Below, one piece after another: positions 48,663 through 57,306 of a stretch of 64,000 bases of DNA. Numbering within the stretch: position 1 is the first letter of the stretch; each line of letters begins with the position of its first letter. Both the position numbers and the translations under genes were made by a program. The notes beneath the pieces were generated by a model. It did not search any database. It was not told the DNA's origin and was given only the letters and a program-made list of their open reading frames with translations. Source of the DNA: Paracoccaceae bacterium (lineage in GTDB: Bacteria > Pseudomonadota > Alphaproteobacteria > Rhodobacterales > Rhodobacteraceae); the NCBI GenBank assembly GCA_965247915.1, contig OZ252048.1:2859740-2923739 (forward strand), given 5' to 3'.

Positions 48663-49370
48663 TCAGTTCGTCTGGCTCTCGCAGACATTCGCCCTTGGCG
48701 TTGCTCCGATTCGCCGTGCCGCCGCCTTCCACAGCGGTCCATGACCCGCCTCCCGTCCCGCGATTGCGTGTGCGATCTCGTGCAGCACCGTGTCCCGAAT
48801 CTGCTCAGCGCTCCCTTCCAGAGCATGACCGCGGCTGATCCGGATCACGCGGCCTTTGAAAGCGCAGTCCCCGAGGCGCCTTTCGGCCTCGACGAACGCG
48901 AGGGTCCAGCCGGTGAGCCCATGCTCGTCCATCAGCCGCCGAGCCATTCCCGCGACGCCGTTCAGCCGCGCCGCGCCATTCCTCGCGCCCTCCTCGCCGG
49001 CCACGCGGAGCAGGTTGTAGGAGACTTTCCAGAATGTCTCACCGCAGCGCACTTTCGCACTCTTCGGGTTGAGCTTCACGATCTCGCCGCGCCTCGGTCC
49101 GTGGGAGCTTGCGAACGTCACCTCGTCGCCCAAGCGGTAGTCGGCTCGTGCTTCGTCGTGCCGCGTCATCATCGTGGTCAGCCGCGCTTCTCCAGAGTCC
49201 TCCAAGACCTGCTCCGGGACGTTCCAGGTCCTCTCCTCGGAATCGATCACTTTGGCGAAGCGGCGCCGTCCCTGCCGTTGGAGGAGATGCCCGCGGATCG
49301 TCTCCCCCTGGTGGGTGAACCGCACGGCGGACCCGATGGAAAAGGAGCGTTCTTCCCCGCGATCCGACAT
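48663..49370 (-). CDS. SprT-like zinc-metalloprotease-domain protein with two N-terminal SH3/KOW-like repeats
   Basis: 235-aa ORF with HExxH (LHEIAHAI) near the C-terminus. It has two similar modules of about 45 aa (IGSAVRFTHQGETIRGHLL...TWNVP and LGDEVTFASSHGPRRGEIVKL...FWKVSY). Confidence 0.6.
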   Translation of the reverse strand: MSDRGEERSFSIGSAVRFTHQGETIRGHLLQRQGRRRFAKVIDSEERTWNVPEQVLEDSGEARLTTMMTRHDEARADYRLGDEVTFASSHGPRRGEIVKLNPKSAKVRCGETFWKVSYNLLRVAGEEGARNGAARLNGVAGMARRLMDEHGLTGWTLAFVEAERRLGDCAFKGRVIRISRGHALEGSAEQIRDTVLHEIAHAIAGREAGHGPLWKAAARRIGATPRANVCESQTN

Positions 49371-49621
49371 TCAAAATTCTCCTCTGTCCCTGGGCCTTCC
49401 GGCGAAGGCACCCGCGGCATCCTCGGCGGCACCGACATCGGCGGCTGCATGTACCGCCACCGCTGTAAGATGTTTGTTCGTTTCCTTGATGCGGGCGAAA
49501 CCTTGTTCTCTGCCCACTGACACCCCACAAAAGTGGCAGTTTGAATTCGTTCTGGAATTTTGCCAATTTTATTATATTTTGCAGCCGGGATCAACGGCTC
49601 GATCAAAAGGCGGTGCGAGCG

Positions 49622-49828
49622 ATGACCGACGTCATGACCGTGCGCGAGGTGGCCGAATACCTCAAGGTCAAGGACCGTACGATTTACCGGCGGGTTGCCA
49701 ATCGGGAGATACCGGGGTTTAAGGTCGGCGGCTCGTGGCGGTTCCGGAAAACAGAGATCGACCAATGGACCGAATCGAACGCGGTCGGGCCGAATAACCT
49801 GGGAGAGCGGGTGGAGCAAAAACAATGA
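49622..49828 (+). CDS. Excisionase/MerR-type HTH DNA-binding protein
   Basis: MTDVMTVREVAEYLKVKDRTIYRRVANREIPGFKVGGSWRFRKTEIDQW is the classic excisionase-family HTH. Confidence 0.7.
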   Translation: MTDVMTVREVAEYLKVKDRTIYRRVANREIPGFKVGGSWRFRKTEIDQWTESNAVGPNNLGERVEQKQ

Positions 49829-49879
49829 CGATCCCCACGATTTTCGAGACTTGCCGGCCGCGCGCAGACGTCCTAGAGG
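49825..49879 (+). pseudogene. 18-codon 5' stub of a gene destroyed by IS5 copy D (possibly a DUF499-type ATPase)
   Basis: An ATGA overlap with the HTH gene is followed by MTIPTIFETCRPRADVLE, then the IS terminus. The ..PR.DVLEG.. opening resembles DUF499-family N-termini from memory only. Confidence 0.3.
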
Positions 49880-50980
49880 GGCGTTGTTGCATGGATCAGA
49901 CAATAGTCGCAAGCCGCCCTTACCCGTGATACAGGCTATGAGATTTGTTTGAACACGGGTCGGCCGAGTTCGGTCATTTTGTTGAGAATGGCGACGCCGA
50001 TTTTGGCCTCCGTTTGCTGATTTTCGAAACAGCGGGCTTTCAGTTTTGGCCCGATAATAGCCTTCCAGCGCCCCATCTGTGTCTCAATTCTACTGCGCTG
50101 ATTGTAGCCACTGCCAGATTGCCAGGCCATGCGGCCATGAGTTTGAATTTTAACAATATGTCGGTCTCGAAGTGAGGGAAAACACTTGGATTGCGGGCTT
50201 GGAATGGCGTTCTTCGGTGGAGGAATAATGATTACAACCGCCTCGCCAAATCGTGCCTTAAGCAAGTCACTGGTCGGTGCGCCGTCGTAGGCACCGTCCG
50301 CTATAAACCGGGAGACCGGAGTGCCAATCTGATTTAATAGATCAGGCAGCACTGTTGGATCGCCAACGTCATCCAGCGTTAAATCCGAACAAACGATATC
50401 GCCAGTCACAAGGTTCAGACCAAGGTGAAGTTTACGCCACCGTTTGCGTTTGGCCTTTACATTATACTTGCTTTGCAGCCACTCACCCTCATCGAAAACC
50501 TTCAAACCCGTACTGTCGATGGCCAAGTGGACCGGATCTGTTATTTTGATTTTGGGCCTTGCCGGAAGGCTCAGACCACGCCCTCGGCGCGACAGGGTCG
50601 AGAAATCAGGAACTGAAATTTCCAGCAGCATCAGCTTTGATATGCTGCGTATCAGCCCTTGGGTCTGGCGCAGCGGCAACCTGTAAACCATGCCCAGCGT
50701 CAGGCACATCGTGATCGCCAGATCCGAGTATCGCGGCTGGCCGCCGCGCGACCTGCGCCGTGGTGCAGCCTAGTGCTTTCGCGCATCCCCTGTGATCCAG
50801 ACCGTCAAATCACCACGATTTCGCAGGCTTTCATTATACCCGCACCAGTTCGTCACCCGATATTTCTTCTTCGCAAACTTGTGCCGGCGGGAGGTGTTGA
50901 ATTTATGCGGCATTAAGCATATCCGTGGTCGTGGCAAAAGCCTGTGTTAACACTTGACACCCGATCCGTGCAACAACGCC
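49880..50980 (-). mobile_element. IS5-family element, copy D, 1101 bp, transposase inactivated
   Basis: Same termini and length as copies A and B. I saw no target duplication. Confidence 0.85.
49936..50937 (-). pseudogene. IS5-family transposase with a nonsense mutation
   Basis: At 50771 the + strand reads CCTAGTG where the other copies read CCCAGTG. This changes TGG (W in KHWAAPRR) to TAG. The ORF track therefore starts only at 50709. Confidence 0.8.
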
Positions 50981-51026
50981 CTTAGGATGCCAGAGATTCT
51001 AACCGAAAATCCCTTATGATACGATT

Positions 51027-51632
51027 TTGCCCCCTACCGGACTCGACCCCGAGGCCGACAAGCTGGACAGCATCATCGACAAATTCGGGACCACGTTCCC
51101 GAAGACAGCCGAGTTCTCCGATCTTGCCCGGCTGTCACTGCCGGAGGTCCATGCAGAGGATGATCCTGACGCCGCATTGATTGATTGGCTGGATCACGAG
51201 GAAGCCCTGTTCAGGCGGCTGGAACGCCGGGTTGTATCATCCCGGATCGAGGCAGGCTTTGTGAATGAGGAAGCGGTTGTGGATCGCGGGTGGATCCATC
51301 TGATTGCAGAAAGCAGCAAGGCAATCGCAGGTGAACCGATCAACATCGTCCAGCATCCTGGTGGAGAGCGCCAGCAGATCGCCATCCGCGAAAACCGGAT
51401 CATCGGCCCCGACGACGATTTCCTGATCTATACGACCGACACAAAGCGCGGTTTATCAGGCTCACCGGCATTGAATGACCAATGGCAACTTGCGGCGCTC
51501 CATCATGCAGGCGTTCCAGAAGAGGATGCGGCAGGCAACTGGCTGCGGAAAGATGGCGGTGTCTACTTGTCGCTGCATGTGCGCCTATGGCCAAAGATGC
51601 GCTCAACAACGCTCGCGTGTTTCCCAGACTAG
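51027..51632 (+). pseudogene. Fragmentary ORF containing the Ser-region of a trypsin-like peptidase
   Basis: INIVQHPGGERQQIAI...YTTDTKRGLSGSPALNDQWQLAALHHAGV carries the GxSGSP catalytic-serine motif, but I saw no upstream His/Asp region. The N-terminal part (LDSIIDKFGTTF) looks like the tail of a different protein. The C-terminus degenerates. Confidence 0.4.
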
Positions 51633-51675
51633 AAAATGGCAGTAGGTTGATGGTATGTTAAAATGACCAGAAAAT

Positions 51676-51712
51676 ACCATAATGGTGCCTCTTGATAAAA
51701 CACCATAATGGT
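51676..51712. promoter_or_regulatory. Two palindromic candidate MqsA operators
   Basis: ACCAT-A-ATGGT occurs twice (51676-51686 and 51702-51712), 26 bp apart. The second lies 16 nt upstream of the mqsR GTG. Confidence 0.5.
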
Positions 51713-51727
51713 GCTATGTGAGTTATT

Positions 51728-52045
51728 GTGACTGAAAAACGCAAACCGACCTATGACTTGGATGCTATCAAATCGACCTTCAGTACGGCAAGGGGCCTTA
51801 ATGCGACGGGCTCTGCCATCCGTTCGGCCGCCGCGCTCGGTTTAGGAAGTGCTGAAATCGTTGAGGTAATCCAGTCGATTGAGCGCCGCGATTTTCAGAA
51901 GTCGATGACGTCCTATGCTGATCATCGTGTCTGGCAGGATGTCTACTATGTGCCTTCGGAAGTGGGCGCTCTTTATGTGAAATTCACGGCAGATGTCGTG
52001 AGTGAGTTTTTATTGTTGTCCTTCAAGGAGAAAGACAATGGCTAG
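51728..52045 (+). CDS. mqsR: MqsR-family type II toxin
   Basis: In this 105-aa ORF, RDFQKSMTSYADHRVWQDVYYV...LYVKF...LLLSFKEK parallels E. coli MqsR (DFYKSMTTYSDHTIWQDVY...IVSFKEK). Confidence 0.8.
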   Translation: MTEKRKPTYDLDAIKSTFSTARGLNATGSAIRSAAALGLGSAEIVEVIQSIERRDFQKSMTSYADHRVWQDVYYVPSEVGALYVKFTADVVSEFLLLSFKEKDNG

Positions 52046-52460
52046 CCCAATCTGCCCGGAAACCGGGACTCCGATGGTTCGAGATGCGCGACCCATGACG
52101 ATTACCTATAAAGGGGAGTCGGTTACCTTCGATATGCCCGGATGGTATTGCGATACAAGCGACGAGAGCATCCATGACGGTTCCGATCTGAAAGTCTCTG
52201 ACAGAGCGCTCACGGAATTGAAAGCCAAGGTGGAAGGCCGATTGGCACCCAAGGCTGTCAAACGCATTCGCAAACGGCTGAAGCTGACTCAGAAAGACGC
52301 AGGACGCTTGATCGGCGGCGGACCGAATGCATTTCAAAAATATGAGAGCGGCGACATCCTGGTCAGCCATGCGATCATGAGCGCCCTGCTATTGCTCGAC
52401 CGAGATCCTACTGGTCTGGAAGTGCTTCAAGAGAAAAACAAGGCAACGCACGACTCCTAA
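52038..52460 (+). CDS. mqsA: MqsA-family antitoxin (zinc ribbon plus HTH)
   Basis: ATG at 52038 overlaps the mqsR end. The ribbon is CPETG...GWYCDTSDE and the HTH is LKLTQKDAGRLIGGGPNAFQKYESG. Confidence 0.8.
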   Translation: MASPICPETGTPMVRDARPMTITYKGESVTFDMPGWYCDTSDESIHDGSDLKVSDRALTELKAKVEGRLAPKAVKRIRKRLKLTQKDAGRLIGGGPNAFQKYESGDILVSHAIMSALLLLDRDPTGLEVLQEKNKATHDS

Positions 52461-52474
52461 CAGGACTCCCTCTC

Positions 52475-53540
52475 GTGTCAGAAATTCTCCGAAGAATGAT
52501 GGAAGACGAGCAACGGCAGCAAAAGCTGGCCAATCCGCTCGGCAATCTGGACCAGGTCCTCAATCCAACGGGCGGCGCGGCAGCGCAACTTGCCGCTGCG
52601 AGTGCTACACGAGGATTATTTGAGAAAACTGGCATCCATGAAAAACTTCTCGCCGATATTTATGGCACCACATCATTTGATCGCCTTTTTGATGATTTGG
52701 AGAACCACCGCAGAATGCTGGACGGGCCACTCGCTGAAGCGAAACGAATCGGTCTATTTGATGCTGGTTCGGACATCCACAAAGCCATAGCTGCGGCTAC
52801 GGAGGCTCAAAGCCGGTATCACAAGATGTTCCGCCTGCCTGAACTCTCCGAACTCACAAAACTGACAGAACAGGCGGGTGAAGCTTTTAAGATTGCCAAC
52901 GCGCTGACCGCTGACTTTGAAAGGGCCAACGCTGTACGTTCAGCTATGGAGCGCATGACGCAGCCTTGGCTAAACATTGAGCATGCCAGACCATCCGCAA
53001 CAGCCTTTGCAAATCTTGTCGATCTCGGAGACGGCATTACACGCATGCCCCCATTTGATTCCAAGTTGGTTGACCATCTGCGGCCAAGCCTCGGTGACTG
53101 GCGCCATCCAATCAGCCTGGACGTTGAAGCGATCATCAATCCAATGGCTCGCTCGGAACTCTATGCAGCGCAAGGCGTCGACCCCGCTCTGACGGGGTTT
53201 ACAGTCCCAGCGTTCCATGAGGGTACGGTCATTGTTGGTCTTGAAACCCCTGAAGATGCTTCTGACACAAAGACTTCGACCGATGATGCAGATGACGAGA
53301 TAGAATTTGTACGCGCCGAAAAGGCCTTTGCGCAACTGCGCCGGTTCGAAGTCACCGTACGCAAGTTCATCGTCGAGGTCATGGAAGACACGTTTGGTGA
53401 GCACTGGATGAGACGGCAATTGCCCAAAGACATGTGCGATAAATGGGCCGACAAGCGCCAGGTTGAGATCGACGCCGGCCGACAGGGTCGGTCACTGATC
53501 GAATATTCTGATTTCTCAGACTACAAAATGATCATCGAAC
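52475..53540 (+). pseudogene. Coiled-coil protein with a Swt1-like HEPN C-terminal domain, 3' end cut by IS256
   Basis: The GTG start lies 14 nt after the mqsA stop. The C-terminal part FEVTVRKFIVEVMEDTFGEHWMRRQLPKDMCDKWADKR...RSLIEYSDFSDYKMIIER fits the first half of the Swt1-HEPN pattern from memory. The expected R-x4-H motif is missing because the IS starts near 53541. Confidence 0.45.
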
Positions 53541-54831
53541 GAGGGTGTTCAGAATTCCGTGTCACGGGGTTAGTCTAGATGTCCAAGACATCGTCTAACC
53601 TTCCCTCAAAATAGATGGAAAGTTGGGACAAAGTCAAATTCCAGTTTTGCAATGGCATGGTCCATTTTTTTGAAGCGTTCTGGATCCCCATATACAGCAG
53701 TTTGAGCAAACTGTTTTCATTGGGAAACGCGCCCTTGGTTTTGGTCAGTTTTCGGAACTGGCGATGCACGGCCTCGATTGCGTTGGTGGTGTAAATTACC
53801 CGCCGAATGTCAGCTGGATATTTGAAGTAGATCGACAAATTGGGCCATTTTTTACGCCATGATTTAATGACGATTGGGTATTTAGTTCCCCATTTTTCTT
53901 CTAACGCATCCAACGCGATTTCAGCCGCTTTCACAGTTTCAGCCTTATAAACCGGCTTTAGATCAGCCATGAATTCCTTCTGGTTTTTGCTGGCTACATA
54001 TTTCAGAGAATTGCGGATTTGGTGGATGACACAAAGCTGGACTTCGGTCTGGGGAAAGGTCGCGTTGATCGCCTCTGGAAAGCCCGTGAGGCCATCGACA
54101 CAAGCAATCAGGATGTCTTGCAGGCCGCGATTGTTCAGGTCCGTCAGCACCGAGAGCCAGAAGTTTGCACCTTCGGTTTCAGATAGATACAGGCCAAGAA
54201 TTTCCTTCCTGCCCTCAAGATTAAGCCCCAGAACCGTGTAAACCGCTTTGGCTGCGTAGCGCCCGTCTTGCTTAACCTTGTAGTGAATAGCATCAAGCCA
54301 AACAAACGGGTAATGGCTGTCCAGGGGCCGCTGCTGCCAGAGCTTGATTTCAGGGATCAATTTATCAGTGACGGCGCTGATCGTGGCGTTTGAAACATCC
54401 AGACCGTAGATTTCCGAGATGTGTCCAGCGATGTCCAGATAGCTCATTCCAAGCCCGAACATTGAAATAATCTTGCATTCGATCTCGTCGCTCATGTGGG
54501 TCTGGTGTTTTTTCACCAGTTGCGGCTCAAACGATCCAGCCCGATCTCGTGGCGTTGCCAGTTCGAAACTTCCAGACGTGGATTTGATGGTCTTACGGCC
54601 AGCTCCGTTCCTGCGGTTGCTGGACTTGTCGGCCTTTAAATGCGCCTCCAGTTCAGCCTGTAATGCAGCTTCGGTCAGTTGCTTGACTAACGGCGTCAGA
54701 ATACCGTCCTTGCCTGTAAGGCCCTGGCCATCTTGCAAAGCCGCCAAAGCTACATCAAAATCAAATTCTTCTCGCATGTGTCATTCCTTTTCTTCAGTTT
54801 ACAGAAATGACACGGAATTTCTAACGCTCCC
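53541..54831 (-). mobile_element. IS256-family element (boundaries approximate)
   Basis: Imperfect IRs contain (A/G)AATTCCGTGTCA at both ends (53551-53564 and the complement at 54808-54820). I found no clear 8-9-bp duplication. Confidence 0.65.
53575..54777 (-). CDS. IS256-family (mutator-type) transposase
   Basis: 400-aa ORF with the conserved blocks NRRNGAGRKT, PRDRAGSFEP, VWLDAIHYKV, ACVDGLTGFPEAI, CVIHQIRN and TTNAIE. Confidence 0.9.
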   Translation of the reverse strand: MREEFDFDVALAALQDGQGLTGKDGILTPLVKQLTEAALQAELEAHLKADKSSNRRNGAGRKTIKSTSGSFELATPRDRAGSFEPQLVKKHQTHMSDEIECKIISMFGLGMSYLDIAGHISEIYGLDVSNATISAVTDKLIPEIKLWQQRPLDSHYPFVWLDAIHYKVKQDGRYAAKAVYTVLGLNLEGRKEILGLYLSETEGANFWLSVLTDLNNRGLQDILIACVDGLTGFPEAINATFPQTEVQLCVIHQIRNSLKYVASKNQKEFMADLKPVYKAETVKAAEIALDALEEKWGTKYPIVIKSWRKKWPNLSIYFKYPADIRRVIYTTNAIEAVHRQFRKLTKTKGAFPNENSLLKLLYMGIQNASKKWTMPLQNWNLTLSQLSIYFEGRLDDVLDI

Positions 54832-54905
54832 TTTAAAAATCGCTGACGCTTCAATGAAATCGCTTTTTTCATTTAGGATTATTGCGATCGCAATAATCGC
54901 TGCTT

Positions 54906-55628
54906 CTACTGTTCTGTGATCAGCGAAACAATTTGGTTTCCAGTGCTATCCGCGCGTAAGTCGATGTCAGGTGCGGAAGACAGGACAAAACCAATGTTCT
55001 CGCCAAGTCCAAATGGATAAATCACCGGTTGCGCATCCAATGTCCCGAGCCCGACAGGACGCCCAACAGATTTAAGCACCGCCTTGGTCATCCAGCGCAC
55101 CAGATCCGGCCCTTCCAGAGCGACGATTTTCTTTCGGGTGAGTGTCTTGCCGTTGTCACTGCGATCGAGGGCTTCCCAATCGATTTGAGATTGAAGTACC
55201 ATGTTGGTCATCCTTCTTGTCCCTTCACGTTCTCCGTAGATTTCGGCCATCCGACGATGCACCTCAGCTGTGGTGCAGTCGCCCTGAAGCGAGGTCAATC
55301 GCCCGACGATTTCAGCCACTTTGGCGAAGAAGGGATAGGTCACGATTGCCATCCCCCATGTGAGAGCGGCTGGCGGCGTGGACGGCACTGATTGAAAAAG
55401 TTCAACGGCTCTTTGCGCAAATGGCTCAATTTCTTTCCGCGGCTCAAGCCAAAGTCGGTTCAGTACAGTTTTGGTCTTCTTTTTGGCCGCTAGTCCTGAA
55501 TGCGCTTCATCCAACATGGCTTCAAGTTCGTCGGTCTCCGCGAGACCCGCTCTGACTTCCATCGCTTTTCTCGCCCAGTCGAGTCGAATAAAACGGTCAA
55601 ATCCAATCTGAGGTGCTGTCGGTCTCAT
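54906..55628 (-). CDS. Small protein immediately downstream of pglZ (possibly BrxA-like)
   Basis: 240-aa ORF beginning 2 nt after the PglZ fragment's stop. Its position matches brxA in the type 3 BREX gene order as I recall it. DUF1819 membership cannot be confirmed by eye. Confidence 0.3.
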   Translation of the reverse strand: MRPTAPQIGFDRFIRLDWARKAMEVRAGLAETDELEAMLDEAHSGLAAKKKTKTVLNRLWLEPRKEIEPFAQRAVELFQSVPSTPPAALTWGMAIVTYPFFAKVAEIVGRLTSLQGDCTTAEVHRRMAEIYGEREGTRRMTNMVLQSQIDWEALDRSDNGKTLTRKKIVALEGPDLVRWMTKAVLKSVGRPVGLGTLDAQPVIYPFGLGENIGFVLSSAPDIDLRADSTGNQIVSLITEQ

Positions 55629-55629
55629 G

Positions 55630-56369
55630 TTATTCTTTCTTCATTTTAATCTTCACGAACGGCACAATCAGTACCTCTAACGCCATCCCTCCGTGAGCAA
55701 CAATCTTGTTTCCTTTGGGCACAAACGCGCCGCGTCCACCTGCATATAGCGGCAGGAAGTCGGTCGGAAGCCCAGGTCCGCCGAACTGAAATGCATCAAT
55801 CCCAGGCGGAACAGATGACGCAAGGTCTTCGCTTCGATAGGCTCTGACTCGCTCACCCTTCATTTCGGATACAACACCCTGGCTGAGCCGTCCAATGCCC
55901 TCAGCATCAACGTTGCCGTGGTCCGCAGTCAGGTAGATATGATAGCCGTGCTTACTGAGCATGAGAAACAGCTTTTCGATGAAGCCGGTATCGCACCATT
56001 CGCGAATTTGGCCTGCGATCCCGCGTTTGCCGAGCATTGCTCCGTGGACGATTTCATCGATCATGTCGACAACAAGACCGGCCACTTTTGTCGTTGGCTT
56101 CGAGAGAGCCTCCTCTAGCGCCTCCAGTTGTTCGGAGCGCTTGAGCCCTTTCTGAAAGATGATTTCGGGCTGTCGAAGCCCATTCTCTTGCCAGAACTTC
56201 GTCCAGAGTGAGGGCTCTTGAGCCGTCGTGGCCATTGATTTCTGGAATTCTCGGGGTTTAAGTCCAGAAAAAAGCGCTTGACGAGAGATAGATGTCAGCG
56301 TTGGTAACCAAGCGAAACAGCCGCCTTCCTCAGCGGAAAACTCGGGGGACCTGGCCGACAAGTCCTCCC
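55630..56369 (-). pseudogene. pglZ: PglZ-domain protein, C-terminal about 245 aa only, 5' part removed by IS6
   Basis: ...PTLTSISRQALFSG...LVVDMIDEIVHG...IYLTADHGNVDA...VAHGGMALEVLIVPFV is the alkaline-phosphatase-like PglZ core. The open frame runs up to the IS6 inverted repeat at 56370. Confidence 0.65.
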
Positions 56370-57173
56370 GGCATTGTCACGTTAACGCCGTGGCTTCGGC
56401 ACGGCCGGTGCTTTAGCGTCTCTGAATGTGCAAGATATCTTACCGTCGTCACCGCTTTCCGCCGATCATCATCCAGCATGCCGTCTGGCTGTATTGCCGT
56501 TTCACGCTGAGCTATCGGGACGTTGAGGACCTGCTTGCCGAGCGTGGTCTCGACCTCTCGTATGAGACGGTTCGAAGATGGGTCTTGAAATTCGGCCGGG
56601 CATATGCGCGGCGGATTCAACGTCGGCGGCCACGACCGACCGAACGATGGAACTTGGACGAGATGGTCGTGGTGATCCGGGGAAGGCGGTACTTTCTCTG
56701 GCGTGCCGTGGACAGCGAAGGCGAAGTCTTGGATTTCCTGATTCAGTCCCGCAGGAACACGAAGGCCGCGATTCGGTTGATGCGCAAACTGTTGAAGAAG
56801 CAGGGTTTTGCGCCATCGACAATCGTCACCGATAAACTTCGTTCCTACGGCTCAGCGATCCGCAAGCTCGGCCTTTGCGCAGAGCATGAGCAGGGCTTAC
56901 GGAAGAACAATCGAGCCGAAAACTCCCATCAGCCGGTACGACGACGAGAGCGAAAGATGCAGCGCTTCAAATCGCCAAAGTCTGCCCAGAGATTCCTCGC
57001 CATCCACGCTGCCGTCTACAATCTCTTCAACGTCCAGCGCCACCTGATTTCACGCCGGACGCTTCGCCGATTTCGCACCTCAGCCATGGCGGAATGGCGG
57101 GTAACAACAACGGTCGCTTAACGAACGCAATCGGGGAAAGCCTTTCACCCGCCGCCATTAAGTTGACAGTGCC
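56370..57173 (+). mobile_element. IS6-family element, 804 bp
   Basis: The IRs are GGCATTGTCACGTTAACGCCG (left) and GGCACTGTCAACTTAATGGCG (right, complement). The size is typical of IS6/IS26-like elements. Confidence 0.8.
56426..57121 (+). CDS. IS6-family transposase
   Basis: The 231-aa ORF YRRHRFPPIIIQHAVWLYCRF.LSYRDVEDLLAERG...DEM...WRAVD...TDKLRSYG...NNRAENSH matches the IS6-family pattern. Confidence 0.9.
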   Translation: MCKISYRRHRFPPIIIQHAVWLYCRFTLSYRDVEDLLAERGLDLSYETVRRWVLKFGRAYARRIQRRRPRPTERWNLDEMVVVIRGRRYFLWRAVDSEGEVLDFLIQSRRNTKAAIRLMRKLLKKQGFAPSTIVTDKLRSYGSAIRKLGLCAEHEQGLRKNNRAENSHQPVRRRERKMQRFKSPKSAQRFLAIHAAVYNLFNVQRHLISRRTLRRFRTSAMAEWRVTTTVA

Positions 57174-57306
57174 ATCCAAGGGATCATAACCCGGCTGTCG
57201 ATGAACTCATTTTTATTGAAGGGTTGGAGTGTCATCGTAGTGGCTGCGGTTAGGAAACTAGCTGCGCGCGGCGCTATTGCTTATGCGAAAATTAAATTTC
57301 GCACCA

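Noticed and set aside
45952-49520. Long + strand ORFs (349, 499 and 441 aa) and the minus-strand ORF 46994..48118, overlapping the RecD2 / SprT block
   Set aside because: These are GC-rich off-frame ORFs without motifs. The annotated frames carry clear helicase and HExxH signatures.
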